A stretch of 64,000 bases of DNA from Octopus bimaculoides. Taxonomy: Eukaryota. Shown one piece after another: positions 14,077 through 27,605 of this stretch (position 1 is its first letter; every line of letters begins with the position of its first letter). The notes beneath the pieces are model-generated. The model worked only from the letters and a program-made list of their open reading frames with translations. It did no database searches and had not been told where the DNA came from. The translations under genes and the position numbers were made by a program. The stretch spans positions 48,293,607 through 48,357,606 of the forward strand of contig NC_068989.1 in the NCBI RefSeq assembly GCF_001194135.2, given 5' to 3'.

Positions 14077-14168
14077 CAAGCAACAAGGCTCAACCCAAGC
14101 AACAAGGCTCAACCCAAGCAACAAGGCTCAACCCAAGCAACAAGGCTCAACCCAAGCAACAAGGCTCA
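14077..14168. repeat. 19-bp tandem repeat CAAGCAACAAGGCTCAACC, about 4.8 copies
   Basis: Four perfect units plus one partial. Confidence 0.95.
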
Positions 14169-15550
14169 GTCCAGAGATATTTTCCAATAAAAGTAACTTT
14201 CTATGTATCTATCTAGCAATATATCAAGCTATCTATCGACTTAGCTCTATTTTGTCCATGTATCTAGCTATCTACCTTGTCTGATAATACAGATAAACAC
14301 ATAAACCCAGTATGAAATAAAAACTTAACAACAATAGTTCTCTCATTTAGATGTGCCCAAGGATATTTATTAAGATTACTAAACTTTAATTTAGTTATCT
14401 CTCTATCAACCAAAACTATGCATTTATCGATCAATTAATATTTCTGTCTATATATTTATCTAGAGATAATATTTAAGAAAGAGACCTCAATATTATGTAA
14501 ATAGAGGAATTTATCTGTAAATAATATGTGACAATTATTTACAGATATATATATATATATATATAAATGAATGATTTATACCTGGTAGCTTACTGGTAAA
14601 GCACGGTCACTTTNNNNNNNNNNNNNNNNNNNNNNNNNNNNNNNNNNNNNNNNNNNNNNNNNNNNNNNNNNNNNNNNNNNNNNNNNNNNNNNNNNNNNNN
14701 NNNNNNNNNNNNNNNNNNNNNNNNNNNNNNNNNNNNNNNNNNNNNNNNNNNNNNNNNNNNNNNNNNNNNNNNNNNNNNNNNNNNNNNNNNNNNNNNNNNN
14801 NNNNNNNNNNNNNNNNNNNNNNNNNNNNNNNNNNNNNNNNNNNNNNNNNNNNNNNNNNNNNNNNNNNNNNNNNNNNNNNNNNNNNNNNNNNNNNNNNNNN
14901 NNNNNNNNNNNNNNNNNNNNNNNNNNNNNNNNNNNNNNNNNNNNNNNNNNNNNNNNNNNNNNNNNNNNNNNNNNNNNNNNNNNNNNNNNNNNNNNNNNNN
15001 NNNNNNNNNNNNNNNNNNNNNNNNNNNNNNNNNNNNNNNNNNNNNNNNNNNNNNNNNNNNNNNNNNNNNNNNNNNNNNNNNNNNNNNNNNNNNNNNNNNN
15101 NNNNNNNNNNNNNNNNNNNNNNNNNNNNNNNNNNNNNNNNNNNNNNNNNNNNNNNNNNNNNNNNNNNNNNNNNNNNNNNNNNNNNNNNNNNNNNNNNNNN
15201 NNNNNNNNNNNNNNNNNNNNNNNNNNNNNNNNNNNNNNNNNNNNNNNNNNNNNNNNNNNNNNNNNNNNNNNNNNNNNNNNNNNNNNNNNNNNNNNNNNNN
15301 NNNNNNNNNNNNNNNNNNNNNNNNNNNNNNNNNNNNNNNNNNNNNNNNNNNNNNNNNNNNNNNNNNNNNNNNNNNNNNNNNNNNNNNNNNNNNNNNNNNN
15401 NNNNNNNNNNNNNNNNNNNNNNNNNNNNNNNNNNNNNNNNNNNNNNNNNNNNNNNNNNNNNNNNNNNNNNNNNNNNNNNNNNNNNNNNNNNNNNNNNNNN
15501 NNNNNNNNNNNNNNNNNNNNNNNNNNNNNNNNNNNNNNNNNNNNNNNNNN

Positions 15551-15599
<49 letters not shown>

Positions 15600-16425
15600 T
15601 CTTCCTACTTTTCCATCCGTAGATGTACCTATCAATCTACCAACTCGGACAATACAGTTAAGCACTAACACTAGTAACATCATCTAAGCTCTTATTGTTC
15701 ACTGCTTATCACACTATCTTATTCTGTGTTATACGAAACTTAACAGCATTTAACTGCATACTCGTTTTATTCAACCTTGAGAATATTTCGACCAGATTTT
15801 CGACGTACGGCTACCATGGAGACCAGACCTATGCTAACAGTACATGGTGGTTTTTAAAACCTGATAATTGTATCATTGCCTATTTTTCATTAAAATATTA
15901 ACAGACTGTAATTTTATGACGTGTTATCTGATTAAAATATCTCCGATTTTATTGGCTTCGTTTTTTATCAAATTTTCCTCCGTGTTTTGACCAGATATTT
16001 ACTAAAACAAATAAATATCATTAAAAATACTTCAGCTTTCTTTTCTTATTTTCCTACAATTTAGTTATATATTTGGCAATCTAATTTCATGTTACTGAAA
16101 TGCCAATTCACATAGATTTCTTTGAAGTTTCCGTAGTTCGTTACTGTATTAAATACGCTCGATATAGTTAAATCGGTTATCAGTCAAGATTTTGAAAACA
16201 AAAATGTGGTTTATATGTGTATCTTGTGATACTTGAAGCTAATACAAATTACCAGTTTTAAGAACTACACACATTAATAAATATTAATCTATACATACAT
16301 TTTAAGATTTTTCATACACATTCGTAACAAAATGTGTGTAACAATAAAATTGTGCTATAGGACCTTGTTGAATGTTGTTCTTACATATATATTTGTACGT
16401 AGGTATGCGTGTACGTATAAATATA

Positions 16426-16552
16426 CAGGGTGTCCACAAAGTCTGGGTACATAGGGATTAACACATACTTTAAGAAATTATTATTTCTTATATTTAATTG
16501 TTTATGTTATGATTTTATTTACTCCATGTAGCCAGACTTTGTAGACACCCTG
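16426..16552. mobile_element. Tc1/mariner MITE (127 bp)
   Basis: TIRs cagggtgtccacaaagtctgggtacat / atgtagccagactttgtagacaccctg, flanked by TA. Confidence 0.85.
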
Positions 16553-16553
16553 T

Positions 16554-16599
<46 letters not shown>

Positions 16600-16629
16600 T
16601 TGTGTATAAATATGACTATATATAATATA

Positions 16630-16925
16630 TATGAGGATGCATAACCAAGTAGTGAGGGTGTTGCTCTCACGATCGCGAGATCGTGGTTTCAATTTCTAGA
16701 CTGGGTGGTGCGTTGTGGTCTTCCGCAAAACGCTTCATCTCACGCTGCTCTGCAACCCCTTCGATATCTGTTAGGTGACACACCGTGCAGATGTTCAGGT
16801 AACGTCGATTTGATGAATGGAGTGAGCTAACGCATAGTACATACATTTGATCACTATAAATAAATCATTTGTACAAGTCGTTCGGCAAAAGCTGAACACT
16901 CATATGTCGTTTTCGACGGTAGAGT
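16630..16925 (+). mobile_element. tRNA-derived SINE
   Basis: tRNA-like head (agtagtgagggtgttgctctcacgatcgcgagatcgtggtttcaattt), followed by a body and a (TA)n(TG)n tail. Confidence 0.6.
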
Positions 16926-16933
16926 TCATCATG

Positions 16934-17025
<92 letters not shown>

Positions 17026-17585
17026 TATGTATCATACATACATACATGCTTATGTTTATGTATGTATATAGAAGTTTCGCTGATTCCTCCTTTATAATGA
17101 ATGAACTTGCAGTATGAAGGTGCGTGACTTAGTGTTGGTTCATGAGAATAAAGTCGTAGTTTCAAGTCCTGGTTCGGACCTTGCGTTGTGTCCTTTAGGC
17201 ATTTTATTTCCCCGTTTTCAAGTCTATTCAGCTGTAATGAATACCAGTCCAGTGCTGGCACATCTCTCTTTTCTCCAGCTGTCAAAATATTCGGCCATTT
17301 AAAGCGTAAGAGGGCCAATGAGACTTGCACGTCAGCCTGAGACTACACGGGTACCTAAAACAATTAGCGAAAGTATGTCACATGATATCCAGCGGTATTC
17401 ACTCCCAGCTGATAGATGACTGAGCTGTAACTTGCATTACACATAGTCCTCCTTTATAATAAAACCACCGGACCATGCCAAACCATTAGGTTTCATATCA
17501 AAGTATTCCATATTCCATATTCTTCCCAAACAAAAGAACCCACAAGAAGCGGTGATAACAATTTTAAGCTTATTCCTCTCCCTGG

Positions 17586-17900
17586 TGCGGAGGCACATGG
17601 CCTAGTGGTTAGAGCAGCGGACTCGCTATCAGGGGATCGCGGCTTCGAATCTCAGACCGGATGATGTGTGTGTTTATGAGCGAAACACCTGAGCTCTACG
17701 TGGCTTCGGCGGAAGGTAATGGCGAACTTCCGTTGACTCTTTCGCCACAACTTTCTCTCACTCTTTCCTCCTGCATCTAGCAGCTCACCTGTGACAGACT
17801 GGCGTCCCGTCAAGATGGGGAACCTATACGCCAATGAAACCGGGAAACTGGCCCTTATGAGCCAGACATGGCTCGAGAAGGAACAAGCAACAAGAACAAC
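17586..17900 (+). mobile_element. tRNA-derived SINE family C with V-domain-like block
   Basis: Head ggaggcacatggcctagtggttagagcagcgg..ttcgaatc; gactggcgtcccgtc block; 3' aaaccgggaaactggcccttatgagcca shared with 41086-41323 and 43243-43470. Confidence 0.8.
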
Positions 17901-18376
17901 TTCTCCTAGGTATATATTCTGACAAGAACTAAGGCCATCTCACCGTTGTCTTACAACGCGCTCTACACTCGATACAAGACGAAACCAGGTATACGGAAAT
18001 TACAAAAATTCCTTTGTTGTTTTGCCCTGTGCAACTATTTATCTTAGCCATGCAGCTAATTATTTTCCGTGTCGTTTCTGGTAGGTCAACGGGCCCAGAT
18101 ACGTAACGTACATATTTTTTCGTAGTTTTCGATTACTTTTGTACGCTTCTTGTATTCTTTTGTATATCGCATTCATTTTCTATCGTCTTGTCCTCGCTAG
18201 ACAATTCCCTAATAGCATTTGTTATAAAACTACTGGCACTCTGAAGCGAGCGATTCTGTTGTTAAAGGGCCGAAATTATTTTCGCTTTCACTCAACAGCT
18301 TCCGAAAAGCGAATAGCAACCATGTTTGTATTTTTCCACGTCTTTTTCGTTTAAGCATTTGTGTATGCTTAGTTTT

Positions 18377-18409
<33 letters not shown>

Positions 18410-18433
18410 ATACATATAATTATACACACACAC

Positions 18434-18496
<63 letters not shown>

Positions 18497-18643
18497 CATA
18501 TACAGTTTATTTAAACCATGTCCAATGGCCTCTTACACTTGGAGTTTCCACGGCGTGCTGCCGCTTCTTCAGACAAAGTTGTGTATGTTTGTAGAAGCAT
18601 AATCAGGAATACTACGCTTTTGTTTCTATGTGCTCATAGTTAC

Positions 18644-18705
<62 letters not shown>

Positions 18706-18987
18706 GGCGTGTGTGTGTGTGTGTGTGTTTCATACGTAATCGTACAAAATATAGAACATTATAAATTCTATAAAACACAAACACTTATACGCTTAGGAAC
18801 ACAAGTGTAATATTTCTGATTACGTTTATACATACACATATACAACTATACATACATGCATACATACGTACAACTATATACATATGTACTTATATACATT
18901 GATTCATATGTACTTTACACATTCATACATACATATACATACATATATGCATACATACACATACACATATATACACATACAACCATG

Positions 18988-19019
<32 letters not shown>

Positions 19020-19399
19020 TCTAGATGGATAATGCAGACGACATAAAGTAGATTGAGGTCACCGTGATTGACGAACTCTATAGAAAACAACGAAAAGAAC
19101 CAAAACAATCAAAGAAAGATAGATTAGAATCAGAACAATATCGATCCTAATTGATTATTTCATAAAATAAATGTACAGACTTTTGGAAGAATTTGTGTCT
19201 TCTGTATAAAAATACACTTAAGAAAGTATATTAGAAAAAAATTGTTGTAAATATAGAAATGTTTTAGAGTGTATGCAGCTTAAGACGAAGGAATTTTCGT
19301 GCAAGATTGTGCTCAGCTTGTCTATTCTGATTTATTCCTTTAATCTATGAATTGTGTTTTATGTTATGATATCAGGCTGGGCCGAATTTATATTTGTGT

Positions 19400-20560
19400 G
19401 ACCTTATGTTGTATGAAGCCTAAAGGGACCCTTGTTAAAAAGTGTTGACACCAGAGAATCTAACAAAAATGTTTAAAGGCAGTGAATTTTGAACCCCTGA
19501 ACAGGATTTCGTTTAGCGTATGATGTCAAGGGATGATTGTGTAGAACATTCTGTTGCGGGTTCCGTATTCGACCTCAGGTCGCACAAGTTGGATCTGGTA
19601 GTTGCTGCAGAAATTAAAATGAGCGGACTGCGAGCCTTTTCACCCCTCCTAAATGGCTACGAGAAATTCATTTTTCCATGCCAACCTGGAGTGGGGAGTT
19701 GTCGCAGTTCTGCTCAGGAAAAATTTAGCAAGAACAATCTTTGTTGACCCGGAGAGTAGGTTGGTCGTACTTGATGTGATTCACAATAGTGGTAAGACCT
19801 TCAGGCTTGTGGCTGTCCACGCCCCTTGCGGAGCTGGACAGTCGGACTATTTCAGAGCCTTGAGAATTTTCTAGGAACATCACATACTTTGGTGTTGTTA
19901 GGAGATTTTAACACAACTTGCGATGCACGCGTAGATTGTGTTGGCTAGAATTCTATTAGGAAAGGAAACCCTTGCCTCAAAGATCTGTTCAATCGTTTTC
20001 AGCTGGCAGATCGATACAGACGAGGCTACCCGAATGCGCCATTGTGGACGTGGGTGAATAGTGACGATTGTCTAGATCTTATTTAGACAGGCTAATAGTT
20101 AGGATTAAAGATAAAGAGTTAGTTAAGTGTCCACAATTCCATCACGTCAACTTCAGTGACCACAAATTTCTGACCTGTAGGCTAGACTTAGATAGGTTCT
20201 GTAGACAGAAACCCGGCTACTGGAATCTCAACAAGTCATTTTGGCTTGTGAGGAGTACAGGAGCCGGATTAGGCAATTTGTATTGAGGGCATTAACCGGC
20301 CGACGCCGTTATTAACAAATGGTGGTATGATCTCAAAAGAGCCATAAAGTCTGAGTCAATTAGATTTAGTCAATTAGAGTCGCTAAGAAAAATAGAATAG
20401 AAAGGGCTTTAGTTAAGGCTCTAGAGGAGGCATTGAGGTCTGGCTCGGCGTCTCAAGTTTTAGCAGCGAGATTGGCGCTCAACCAACATCTCTAGGCGAA
20501 ATACGAAGGGTGCATTACTAGAGCAAAGTTAGAGCATTAAAATAGACAAACACCATTTTA
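19400..20560 (+). mobile_element. L1/Tx1-like LINE ORF2 endonuclease remnant
   Basis: RLVVLDV...FRLVAVHAP...LVLLGDFN...SRSYLDR...FSDHK...PGYWNLN APE motifs, broken by frameshifts. Confidence 0.85.
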
Positions 20561-20692
20561 CTGTAGTTTTTCATGCAGATGGCATGTCGAAGTTATTTAT
20601 TCCCTACCCAATTTTGTTTCTCTACGCTAACTAGTACGCATTTTTGAATATTTGCTCAATGATTCAAATATGACTTCTTAAACAACTACATA

Positions 20693-20906
20693 TGAGGAGA
20701 TGCGGAGAAGTTCCTGGCATTAAGGGTATTGCAAGAAGCCTGGCTGGAGGCCCAACCTCCCGAGTTCTTTTGCAGGGCTTAGAAAAACTGAAGGACCGTT
20801 GCAATAAGTATGTGAATCTGAGAAGGGAATATGTTGAATAAAATCAGAATTATCTGATCCTCCGGCATTTTCTTTTACCCAAAGCCAGGAACTTTTCAAC
20901 ACCTCG
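20693..20906 (+). mobile_element. Internally deleted mariner element / MITE
   Basis: TIRs gagg..agaagttcctggc / gccaggaacttttcaacacctcg; retains a transposase C-terminus-like stretch (aataagtatgtgaatctgagaagggaatatgttgaataa). Confidence 0.7.
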
Positions 20907-21737
20907 TCGAAGAAGTTTATGCTTCATTGGTGATGTTATCGAATCATTTTGGTAATCACGGTTGTCCCCAGTGATTGCCAAAATGATAGTAATTCTTTCT
21001 TCTGAAATTGTCGTCAAGAGCGAAGGGCTTGCCGATTACATCAACCCTATTGTTCGAGTGGTATTATTTTATCGACCCCGAAAGGATGAAAGGCAAATTC
21101 GGCCTCGGTGAAACTTGAACTTAGAACGTAAAGAACCGTAAGTAATACCGCTCAGCCTTCTGTCCGACGCGCTAAGTGTTTTGCCAATTCGTCGCTTTTA
21201 TAGCGGTTTCAAATTTTGACATAAGTCAGCAATTTCTTTTATTTTCCAGAGTGTCAGTTGAAGTGGTCAGTACAAAAACACGTTACAAGTTGTCTGTGGA
21301 TATACATGAAATCGGATGAGGAGGAAGAAAAGGGCGAAGAGAAATGGAATAAAAAGTACATATAATAAGTAATATACGACTAAAAAGTATAATAAATAAT
21401 ACATGGCTAAAAAGTACATTTAATTACTAAATATATGAATACATGGATAATATAGTCCTCTTGATATAGGAGCGCATCCATCTAGAGCCAATCAAGGGCT
21501 TTCAATGATCCACAATCACCTTCACCATCAAGAGCACATACCCTCTCGAAATTATTGCCCTCCGACCTACAGGCACACGCTTAGAGTAGTTCCATCCACT
21601 TCAACCATACTTACCACAGACACCCACCTTTTGACGAATTCAGTGGTGGAGAGCACCCTTCTCCATTTTCAATTCCCTTTCCATGGAGTATCTAAAAAAG
21701 TCGACGCGGGTTTGACTAAAGAAGAACGTATCTGTCC

Positions 21738-21960
21738 AGGCGCAGGCATAGCTGTGTGGTAAGAAGCTTATTTCCCACTCACATGGTTAAGTGTTTTCTA
21801 TTATAGCCTCGGAACGACCAAAGCCTTGCAAGTGGATTTGGTAGATGAAAACTGAGAGAAGACTTGGGGTTGATTCATTCGACTAAAAATTCTTCAAAGC
21901 GATGCCACAGCATGGCTGCAGTCTAATGACTGAAACTAGAAAAGGATAAAAAGATAAAGA
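21738..21960 (+). mobile_element. tRNA-derived SINE family B (head ggcgcaggcatagctgtgtggtaagaagc), internally deleted
   Basis: Shared blocks gaccaaagccttg..agtggatttggtag and cagcatggc..cagtc..atgactgaaac; other copies about 34860-35255(-), 38825-39235(-), 43745-43935(-), 43965-44125(+), 49085-49330(+), 60205-60380(+), 63295-63495(+). Confidence 0.8.
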
Positions 21961-22970
21961 TAATTCTTTCAGCCTTGTCCGTCACGAAACTACTTCGCAA
22001 AGGCTACCAGACGGAAGAAAACAGCCTTCTAAGTCCTATTTGTAGTGGATGGTGGGGTGATCTTTTCGATGGACTCGACCGATAGCCGGATCCGTTCTAC
22101 ACCGGAGAAATCTGTTCATCATAACTCCATAGGTCAGCAATGCCTAGACATGAAATGCTGCTTGAGTGCGCGCAGTATGGTTTCATCGTATATCTAGGAC
22201 AGTCTGTCTGGCAGTACTTCTGTGCCGGTAGAATTTATCTTAATAAACTAAAGATTTCTGGAAGTTATCCATAGTAATCTTCGACTTGAAAATCCTCCTG
22301 AGCAGAGCAGCCAGCTCATCCTTATCGACGCCAATACTAATTGTTACAAATTTTGGCACAGAGCCAGCAATTTTAGTGGAGAGGGATTAGTCGATAACAC
22401 CGACCCCGGTACTTGACTGTCACTTTATTTTATCGACTCCTAAAGGATGGAAGACGAAGTGGACCTCGGTGGAATTTGATCTCAGAAATACTGAACCTGG
22501 CACTCTAACGATTCTGCCAGCTCGCCGCCTTAATAAGCGTTTCAAATTTTGACAGAAGGTCAGCAGTTTTGAGGGGCGGGGTTAGTCGATACTATTGACC
22601 CCAGTGTCTGACCGGTAAAGTTGATCTCGGAGAGATTTAAACCCAGAAAATAGGGCCGGAAGATTCTAAAGATTAATCAATAATATGTTTTGGGGATCTT
22701 TACCTTTTCGTGGGCAGCTCGATTAATTAATTTTCTTTAACTAAACACTTTGAAACTTTGTATACTGGTAGAATGTGTCATCTAGAACATCTTTTACTCT
22801 TAGCGTTGTTAAGAAAAGTTTCTATTTTTGAAGTTATTTCGTGTTAAAGTTGTCGTATTTCGGTGATTTCAACCAATCAATGACGTGTATTCAGCTGAAT
22901 AAAATTACTGCAGTTGTTTGTCAACAACTTCCGGCGCTAAGAGTAAAAGATGTTCTGTATGACACATTCT

Positions 22971-23190
22971 TATTTCTTTATTGCCGACAAGGGGCTAAAC
23001 ATAGAGGAGACAAACAAGGACAGACAAAGGAATTAAGTCGATTACATCGACCCCAATGGGTAACTGGTACTTTATTTATCGACCCCGAAAGGATGAAAGG
23101 CAAAGTCGACCTACTCAGAACGTAACGGCAGACGAAATACCGCTAAGTATTTCGCCCGGCGTGCTAACGTTTCTGGCAGCTCGCCACCTT
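22971..23190 (-). mobile_element. SINE family A, near full length, nested in a GGATC-MITE-family copy (about 22691-23346)
   Basis: Reverse complement of 848-1075. The flanks tatgacacattct repeat on both sides and continue the MITE sequence. Confidence 0.85.
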
Positions 23191-23595
23191 ATATATGACA
23201 CATTCTACCAGTAAATGAAGTTTCAAAGTGTTTAAAGAAAATGAATTAATCGAGCTGCCCATGAAAAGGAAAAGATCCTGTTTTTTCCTTAGCATTATCA
23301 TTTCTTGGTAATTATTTCCTAATAGCTTTCCAGTAATCTCTGCATTNNNNNNNNNNNNNNNNNNNNNNNNNNNNNNNNNNNNNNNNNNNNNNNNNNNNNN
23401 NNNNNNNNNNNNNNNNNNNNNNNNNNNNNNNNNNNNNNNNNNNNNNNNNNNNNNNNNNNNNNNNNNNNNNNNNNNNNNNNNNNNNNNNNNNNNNNNNNNN
23501 NNNNNNNNNNNNNNNNNNNNNNNNNNNNNNNNNNNNNNNNNNNNNNNNNNNNNNNNNNNNNNNNNNNNNNNNNNNNNNNNNNNNNNNNNNNNNNN

Positions 23596-24065
23596 TGAGT
23601 TCAAATTCCGCTGAGCTTGACTTCGCCTTTTGTCCTTTCATGGTCGATAAAATAAGTGCCGGTTGAGCACTGGGGTCGATGTAATCCTCGAAATTGCTGG
23701 TCTTGTGCCAAAATTTGAAACCAATATTAATGATCTGTTCGACTTTCTTTACTTCACTTATTATTGCTTTTTACCTTTTTCGATGAGTTATAATACACTT
23801 GAGCACTGTGTAAGAAATTCATTATTATTTTATTATAAAATAAGGCGGTGAGCTGGCAGAATCGTTAAACACCCCCGGGCGAAATGCTTAGCTGTATTTC
23901 GTCTGCATCTACGTTCTGAGTTCAAATTCCGCCGAGGTCGACTTTACCTTTCATCCTTTTGAGGTCTATAAATCCAGTACCAGTTGAGTAGTGGTGTCGA
24001 TGTGATCGATTGTCCCTTTCCCCACATAATCCAGGATTTATGCCTATAGTAGAAAAGATTATTTT
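23596..24065 (+). mobile_element. Two SINE family A copies
   Basis: Similarity to 848-1075. Confidence 0.8.
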
Positions 24066-24487
24066 ATTATAAAATATGCTATGAGAAAGAGGTAGTGATG
24101 CAAGCGGTCAGTTTAGATATAAAAGTTAAGACGAAAAGAAATTTTTAAAGCAGTTCAATAAAGCTAATTTCACAAAATGATATTGATTTCCAGTTGGATC
24201 CAGTCTATTTCGTTTGTTATTGATTATGGGCCTACAGAAAGACATGAAAAATCGGCGCTCTTCTTCATTCCTTTAATCTCCTAATCTTGTATTGAACAAA
24301 TCACTGAGTTATTCAAGGGAAACAACTCCACAAACTATTTAATTTCGTTATTAAATTTTATCACGGGAAACCACTGCACACCTGTATATTTTTGTAAAGG
24401 GAATATTTGTGTATTTCTATGTTATGTTCGTGTGTGCGACTGTTTTATGTGGAATTTTATATGCGCATGTGCTTATGTAACAAATAA

Positions 24488-24519
<32 letters not shown>

Positions 24520-25589
24520 ATCATGGCAAAAAAAAAGGGGAAAGAAGAATTATACAGGGGCAAGCTTTATTCTACTGTCACAGGAAATCACTCCACAAAT
24601 GTTTCTGTTTCTGAATAAAATATTTGTAAAGCACATTTCAACATGTGCTTGAATATGCAACTGTCTAGATGTATAAGTAATTGTATGTGTGCATTGGCAG
24701 AATCATTAGAGGTTCAGCAAAACGCTTTGCAGTATTTCCTCCGACTCTTTACGTTCTGAGTTCAAATTCCGCTGAGGTCAACTTCAACTTTCGTACCTCC
24801 AGGCTCGGATAAAACAAATACCCAATCAAGTACTGAAACTGATGGTATTAATAATCGTCTCCCCTCAAAATTTTTGACCTTATTCCTAAATCAAAAGCAT
24901 TATGAAAGAGAGTGGAAGCAACAAATTTTCCCTGATATTTTTGGAAAGGGGTCTGGTATTTGTCAGTTTTAAGAACCACTCTTATTAATTCAATCCTTCC
25001 CTGCACAGACCCTAGGCGTCACCTTGAGCAAGTGCTAACAGTTTCTCTTACCTCCCTTGCCAGGGGATATTGTGAAGTCCCAAGTCCGGAAGAACAGGTG
25101 GGAGTGGATGGCACAGACATCTTCAATGGTTGTGATACTGTATGATGATCACAACCATTCATTACCTCTAATTGTCTTTAGACTCCTTGGCATTTGACCA
25201 AAGTATCTCACTGTCAAGATTGTGTGGAAACTGATATGTAAAGGTATTTCCATGTTAGACAAAACCACTCAATAACGTGCCTCCGAATACCCTCTTTTCC
25301 AAACTCATCTTCTAGCAACAGAAATACATCTCCTAGTCACAAAATAACGCAGACACAACAAACTGTGTAATGGCTGTCAGACATATGAACCGAGGTAGAC
25401 ACGTATTTCAGCAGGTGTAGCAGTATCTGAGAAGTCCTTTCTAAGATTCAATCTGCTTGACCTGTATTGGGAAGAAACAAGAAAATTGACTTCGAACATA
25501 ACCAGTTTCAGCGTTCCCAGCTGATCTTAGAATCTAGAGAATCACTTTCTGAGAGCGAAAGAAACACTATAAAATAAAATTTGGATCTG

Positions 25590-26200
25590 GAAATATTCAA
25601 ACTCTTACTGACAAACCGAACGGCCTTCAGCTTGAACAACAGTCAGAACTCGCTTCCAAGGAAGTAGCACGCTTTAATATCTATATTGCAACATAGTGAC
25701 ACAGAACTGGCTGGTGGGGACCAGCTAAAGGGATATGACTATGGATATATTTTCTTTTGGAAAGGAAAGGAAAGCGCTTACATGGAGTAAGTTTTGTGAT
25801 CCGGTCGAGAGGCTATTATGATCCAGTTGACAGGCTATTAATGATCTGATCAATAATCTATGAATGAACTACCTATCTGTATCAGTTAAAGATTGGTGAT
25901 TATCCATATAAAGCTTATTAGTTCTAACAGATACGCTACAGCCATCAATGTACGTCCGTGTAGACACAAAAAATAAGGAGAAACTTGACGCTAGCTTAAA
26001 CTCCGTTTTATTTAGAATACCAAATTAAGATAAAAGTCATTTTGCTTGACGGTCACCATGGTAGAGTTTTCAAAGAGTCCAACTTCTGGAATGACGCAAT
26101 TAAGAAGGAGGGAATGGGAAGGATTAGATAACTCGAATGATGTTCTGCTCCTAATTAAATGTCAGAAACACGATACAGTGGTCATTATTATGACCACAGA
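25590..26200 (+). mobile_element. RTE-clade LINE endonuclease remnant
   Basis: NIQTLTD...KEVARFNI..., GYIFFWKG, RLHGVSFVI, DKVILLD, NSNDVLLL.KC.KH: BovB/RTE-type APE N-terminus. Confidence 0.7.
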
Positions 26201-26876
26201 ATCGTCTGCACGCCGGACAAAATGTTTAGGGACATTTTGTCTGTCTTTACGTTCTGAATTCAGATTCTGCCGAGGTCGACTTTACCTTTTATCTTTTGGT
26301 GTCGATGAAATAAATACCAGCTGAGCACAGAGGTCGATCTAATCGACTGGCATCCTTCCCAAAGATTTCTGGTCTTGTGCCTATAGTAGAAAAGATTATG
26401 CCAATTAGAGAGATAGAAGGGCTCCTGACAGTATTCGTGTTCAAAGTGCTGGTATATAATTGGATTATAATTGATTGTCATCATACGGACCCTCGATGAA
26501 AATGGTGTACCCCTATCGATAAACCGAGCTCGCTAAAATAAGTACTAGGCTGAAATAAGTTCTGGGATCTTTAAGAACAACTAAACCCCTTGACTGGAAT
26601 CAGTAAAAGAATAGAGAATAGGCACAAAACGTATGGGTAAATGTTAAATGAGTTGAGTAAATGACTTGGTACTATATTACCTATCCTGGAAGAATAAAAG
26701 GTGATGTGTAGCTTCTAGAGAACAAAAGTTAATAATACAATGCATTTAAGTTCCACAACCTACGGTCTCAGATACCGCTACCACCTTCTACCAAATCATC
26801 ACTTGAACAGTGAAAATTTTTTTCCAATCATAAATACAATACATTTAGATCCTCCGTATTTTTCAATCGCCCCTTC

Positions 26877-26922
<46 letters not shown>

Positions 26923-26984
26923 GTCTTACTCTCACTTTCTTTCACACACGCACACACACACACACACATATTGATATTATAAGA

Positions 26985-27605
26985 CGCACGAGATGGAAAG
27001 CATTTTTCTTCGACTAATCTGCACCACACTCGGACAAAGTCCACTTTAACATCAGGTCTAGAATATTCCCACCCAGATCAAAGAACTCTAAGCTTTCGAA
27101 GCAGACATGCTGGGCATTATACCAAACCTTAGGTTCCGTAAGTCCTCATCCATCTTTCAACGTAGACTTAGATCCGATATACACCTCCTCAAAAATACAG
27201 AAAGAACCCTACTATTTTCAGATAAGACAAATAACCTTTATAATATAGATCAGGGATTTCAAACTTTTTGACTTGCGGACCCCTTTATATTTCAGGCTTT
27301 ACCTTAGGGACCCCCTTATAAACGCTTATGAAATTTATACATAAATATTTGCTTAAAATAACATATATTTTTACATTTGTTTATTTAACAGTATTTACCA
27401 AATAGGTTTATTGTCAATTAAAAGATTTCGATTAAAAACCATATATAAAATCAAATTGCCCATAAAAAGTATTTGCTGTCCACGGACCCCCTGTCTTGTC
27501 CTTGCGGACCACCTGTGGTCCGCGGATCACAGTTTGAAAACCACTGATATAGATAATGACCACTACAACAGGCTCTTAGAGAACAACATCACGCAAAAAT
27601 ATAGA
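26985..27605 (+). mobile_element. Penelope-like retroelement fragment, interrupted by a hAT MITE
   Basis: RWKAFFF...FSDKTNNLYNI|DNDHYNRLLENNITQKYR reads through once the MITE and one TSD are removed. Confidence 0.75.
27251..27546. mobile_element. hAT (Charlie-type) MITE
   Basis: TIRs cagggatttcaaact / agtttgaaaaccactg; perfect 8-bp TSD atatagat. Confidence 0.9.

Noticed and set aside
15695-15901. ORF with TYGYHGDQTYANSTWWFLKPDNC as a possible exon
   Set aside because: No convincing donor site, and no family I can recognise.
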